Positions 61,874 to 64,000 of a DNA stretch of 64,000 nucleotides are shown piece after piece; within the stretch, counting starts at the first letter, position 1; the number at the start of each line of letters is the position of its first letter. The position numbers were made by a program, and so were the translations under genes. Where the stretch lies: positions 160,001 through 224,000 of the forward strand of contig JAHQWK010000001.1 in assembly GCA_029856145.1 (NCBI GenBank), read 5' to 3'. This DNA comes from Promethearchaeia archaeon. Lineage in GTDB: Archaea; Asgardarchaeota; Lokiarchaeia; Sigyniarchaeales; SOKP01. Below the pieces are notes generated by a model, which had not been told where the DNA came from, searched no databases, and saw only the letters and a program-made list of their open reading frames with translations.

Positions 61874-62920
61874 ATGAGTACAAAAATTAAAGAAGCCTGG
61901 TTAGGGCCGGGTAGAAAGGATGGTAAAATTAAACCAACCCAACCAAAAGATGATGCATTACATATTGATATGAAAAAGAAAGGAACCAGAGAATGGTGGT
62001 ATTTTGATGCTCGTCTTGATAATGGATATACAGTAGTAGGGTTTTTTCGAGCAAAACACGAACGAACGGGGAAAACTGGTGTAGAAATTACGATTTATAA
62101 GCCCAATGGAGAAAAAACACAGAATGTAATAGATTACCTTCATTCTGACCTAATAGCTTCTCAAGATTTACCAGAACTACAAATTGGTAAAAATTATATA
62201 AAAGTTGATTATTCTAACAAAGAATTTCCGATCTACGAAATTTTCTTAGATGAAGGCGAATATGGGCTTCATTTAAAATATACTGCTCAAGTCCATGGTT
62301 GGAAGCCTGGAAAAGGATATATTGAGTTTGGAAAGTCAAATCAATTTGGCTGGGTTATAGCTCTACCTCGAGCAGATGTTGAAGGAACTATTAAGGTTAA
62401 CAACGAGACAATTCAGGTAAAAGGTATTGGATATCATGATCATAATTGGTTAAATTTTAATTTTGCAATGATAATAGACTATTGGTATTGGGGAAGAATA
62501 TACTCTGAGAATTATACTGTTATTTTTGCCTATATTAAATGTAATAAGAGGATGGAAGATTATCCAATCAAAGTTCTAATGCTTGCGAAAAATGAAAATG
62601 TAATTCTCAGTACAGGCGAATACGAATTAATGCAAGAAAGTTTTGAATATAATGATAAAGCTGGAAATAAGTATCCGAAATTTTTAAAATTTAATTTTGG
62701 TAATCGCCATGAAATTATCCTCGAAGTTCAAGAGATTATTGACGCTGAAAATTTACTTTATGAATTAGGACCCATTACACGTTTCTTAGCGAAAAATCTC
62801 TTAAAATTAAAACCAGGCTATTTTCGATTAAATTCTAAATTTCAACTTAATATATCCTTTGAAGGGAAACCTTACATAGAAAAAGGAAGCACACTTCACG
62901 AGATGGTTATTACTAAATAA
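61874..62920 (+). CDS. AttH/CrtC-like (lipocalin-like; hydratase or cyclase) protein
   Basis: EWWYFDA, GIGYHDHNW, WYWGR. Confidence 0.8.
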   Translation: MSTKIKEAWLGPGRKDGKIKPTQPKDDALHIDMKKKGTREWWYFDARLDNGYTVVGFFRAKHERTGKTGVEITIYKPNGEKTQNVIDYLHSDLIASQDLPELQIGKNYIKVDYSNKEFPIYEIFLDEGEYGLHLKYTAQVHGWKPGKGYIEFGKSNQFGWVIALPRADVEGTIKVNNETIQVKGIGYHDHNWLNFNFAMIIDYWYWGRIYSENYTVIFAYIKCNKRMEDYPIKVLMLAKNENVILSTGEYELMQESFEYNDKAGNKYPKFLKFNFGNRHEIILEVQEIIDAENLLYELGPITRFLAKNLLKLKPGYFRLNSKFQLNISFEGKPYIEKGSTLHEMVITK

Positions 62921-62944
62921 AAATATTGTAAAGCATAAGAAACT

Positions 62945-63640
62945 CTACTTTTTTTCCTCTAATGCTTTTTTTGGAAATAATCGCTCTCTCAATTTAACCG
63001 TGCTAGTATCCATATCATAGTCTACTAATCCTACTTTAGCTAATTCTTGTACTGAATGCAATACAAAAGCACCACCTATCCCTAGCGTTGTTTTTAATTC
63101 ATCTCTAGTCATTACTTCTTTATCTCCATGGAGAGTAATAAGTATCCTGTAATGGGCTTGTCCAGCCCATATCTCCGAAACTAATACAGTATATATTGAA
63201 AGTAAAGCACGAACTCTCTCAAAATTATATTCTGCTTCTTCTGCTTCCTCAGCAACCTTCATAAATTTAGATAATTCAACCTTAACTTTTTGGTATTCAT
63301 CTAACAATTTCATTTGTTCTTCTGTTAAAGAACCTATTTTTTGATCTCTCTCTTGCTTCTCTAATTCAAGCTTTTTTGTTGCGTCTTCTAATTTTTTTTT
63401 ATCTCTCTCTAAATTTTGTTTCTCGCTTTCTAATTTAGTTTTTTCTTCTTCTAATAGATTTTTTTCCTTTTCAAGCGTCTCTTTAACTTTACTTAATGCT
63501 TCTTTATCACTTTCAAGTTTTAATAATGCGGTTCTTGAAGTCTCTAGTACGTCAATAAATTCCTTAAAACTTGATTCGGCAGCTTGAATAGTCTCATCGA
63601 GAACATTTAAGGTTTTTTCATCATCTGACATTGGAATCAC
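62945..63640 (-). CDS. Coiled-coil protein with C-terminal winged helix
   Basis: Heptad repeats LEKEKNL/LEEEKTK/LESEKQN/LERDKKK; C-terminal MTRDELKTTLG..VQELAKVGLVDYD. Confidence 0.75.
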   Translation of the reverse strand: MIPMSDDEKTLNVLDETIQAAESSFKEFIDVLETSRTALLKLESDKEALSKVKETLEKEKNLLEEEKTKLESEKQNLERDKKKLEDATKKLELEKQERDQKIGSLTEEQMKLLDEYQKVKVELSKFMKVAEEAEEAEYNFERVRALLSIYTVLVSEIWAGQAHYRILITLHGDKEVMTRDELKTTLGIGGAFVLHSVQELAKVGLVDYDMDTSTVKLRERLFPKKALEEKK

Positions 63641-63698
63641 AATTTATTTTATTCAATTATTTTTATTATATTTATTCTATAAAAAGATTTATCAAATT

Positions 63699-64000
63699 AT
63701 GGTAGAAAAAGATAGTTCCAATCGTAGTATGAAACTTATTTTGGGGGTTTCGGTTCCCGTCTTTATAATGGGACTTGTATCTTTTTTTACTGATGTCTCA
63801 AGTGAAATGATTCAGAGCATACTCCCGTTTTTTATTTTAGAAATAGGTGGAACTGGATTAATTTTGGGGTTAATTACGGGATTAACAGTAGCAATATCAA
63901 ATATATTAAAAGGAGTATCTGGTTGGATGAGTGATAAGATAAATAAAAGAAAACCTTTTGTTGTAGCGGGCTATACCATCTCAAATCTTTCTAAACCATT
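63699..64000 (+). CDS. MFS transporter (partial, runs off the window)
   Basis: MVEKD..GLVSFFTDVSSEMI..GWMSDKINKRKPFVVAGY. Confidence 0.85.
   Translation, partial: MVEKDSSNRSMKLILGVSVPVFIMGLVSFFTDVSSEMIQSILPFFILEIGGTGLILGLITGLTVAISNILKGVSGWMSDKINKRKPFVVAGYTISNLSKP

Overview
This is a very AT-rich, gene-dense archaeal window, most consistent with an Asgard (Lokiarchaeia-like) genome. The assignment is inferred from TFB, PAN, an atypical small GTPase, an SMC5/6-like SMC, an IPGF-type C-terminal sorting signal with an exosortase-family gene, and many bacterial-type metabolic genes. I see no rRNA, tRNA, CRISPR array, integrase or transposase. Main blocks in order: (1) hypothetical + small GTPase, convergent with a tight four-gene operon of degenerate AAA+ / SMC5/6-like SMC / kleisin-like / kite-like; (2) an ArsR-Acr3 arsenic locus followed by small Cys-rich ORFs and a ubiquitin-like ORF whose TGA-TGA may be recoded as Sec, with a SECIS-like hairpin downstream; (3) PAN; (4) a PadR-headed putative detoxification cassette ending in class II UvrA and a VOC protein; (5) a BpsA-AdoMetDC fusion; (6) sugar and central metabolism (xylulokinase, AOR, pyruvate kinase, class II FBA); (7) a membrane-protein island with a GT-C glycosyltransferase, a sortase-like enzyme and its candidate substrate, bracketed by a full and a collapsed geranylgeranyl-reductase gene; (8) grpE-dnaK-dnaJ-tfb; (9) a flavin/Fe-S/SCP2/AttH putative lipid-metabolism cluster interrupted by a receiver domain fused to a longin/uDENN-like domain. 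All calls come from reading motifs by eye; no database searches were run.
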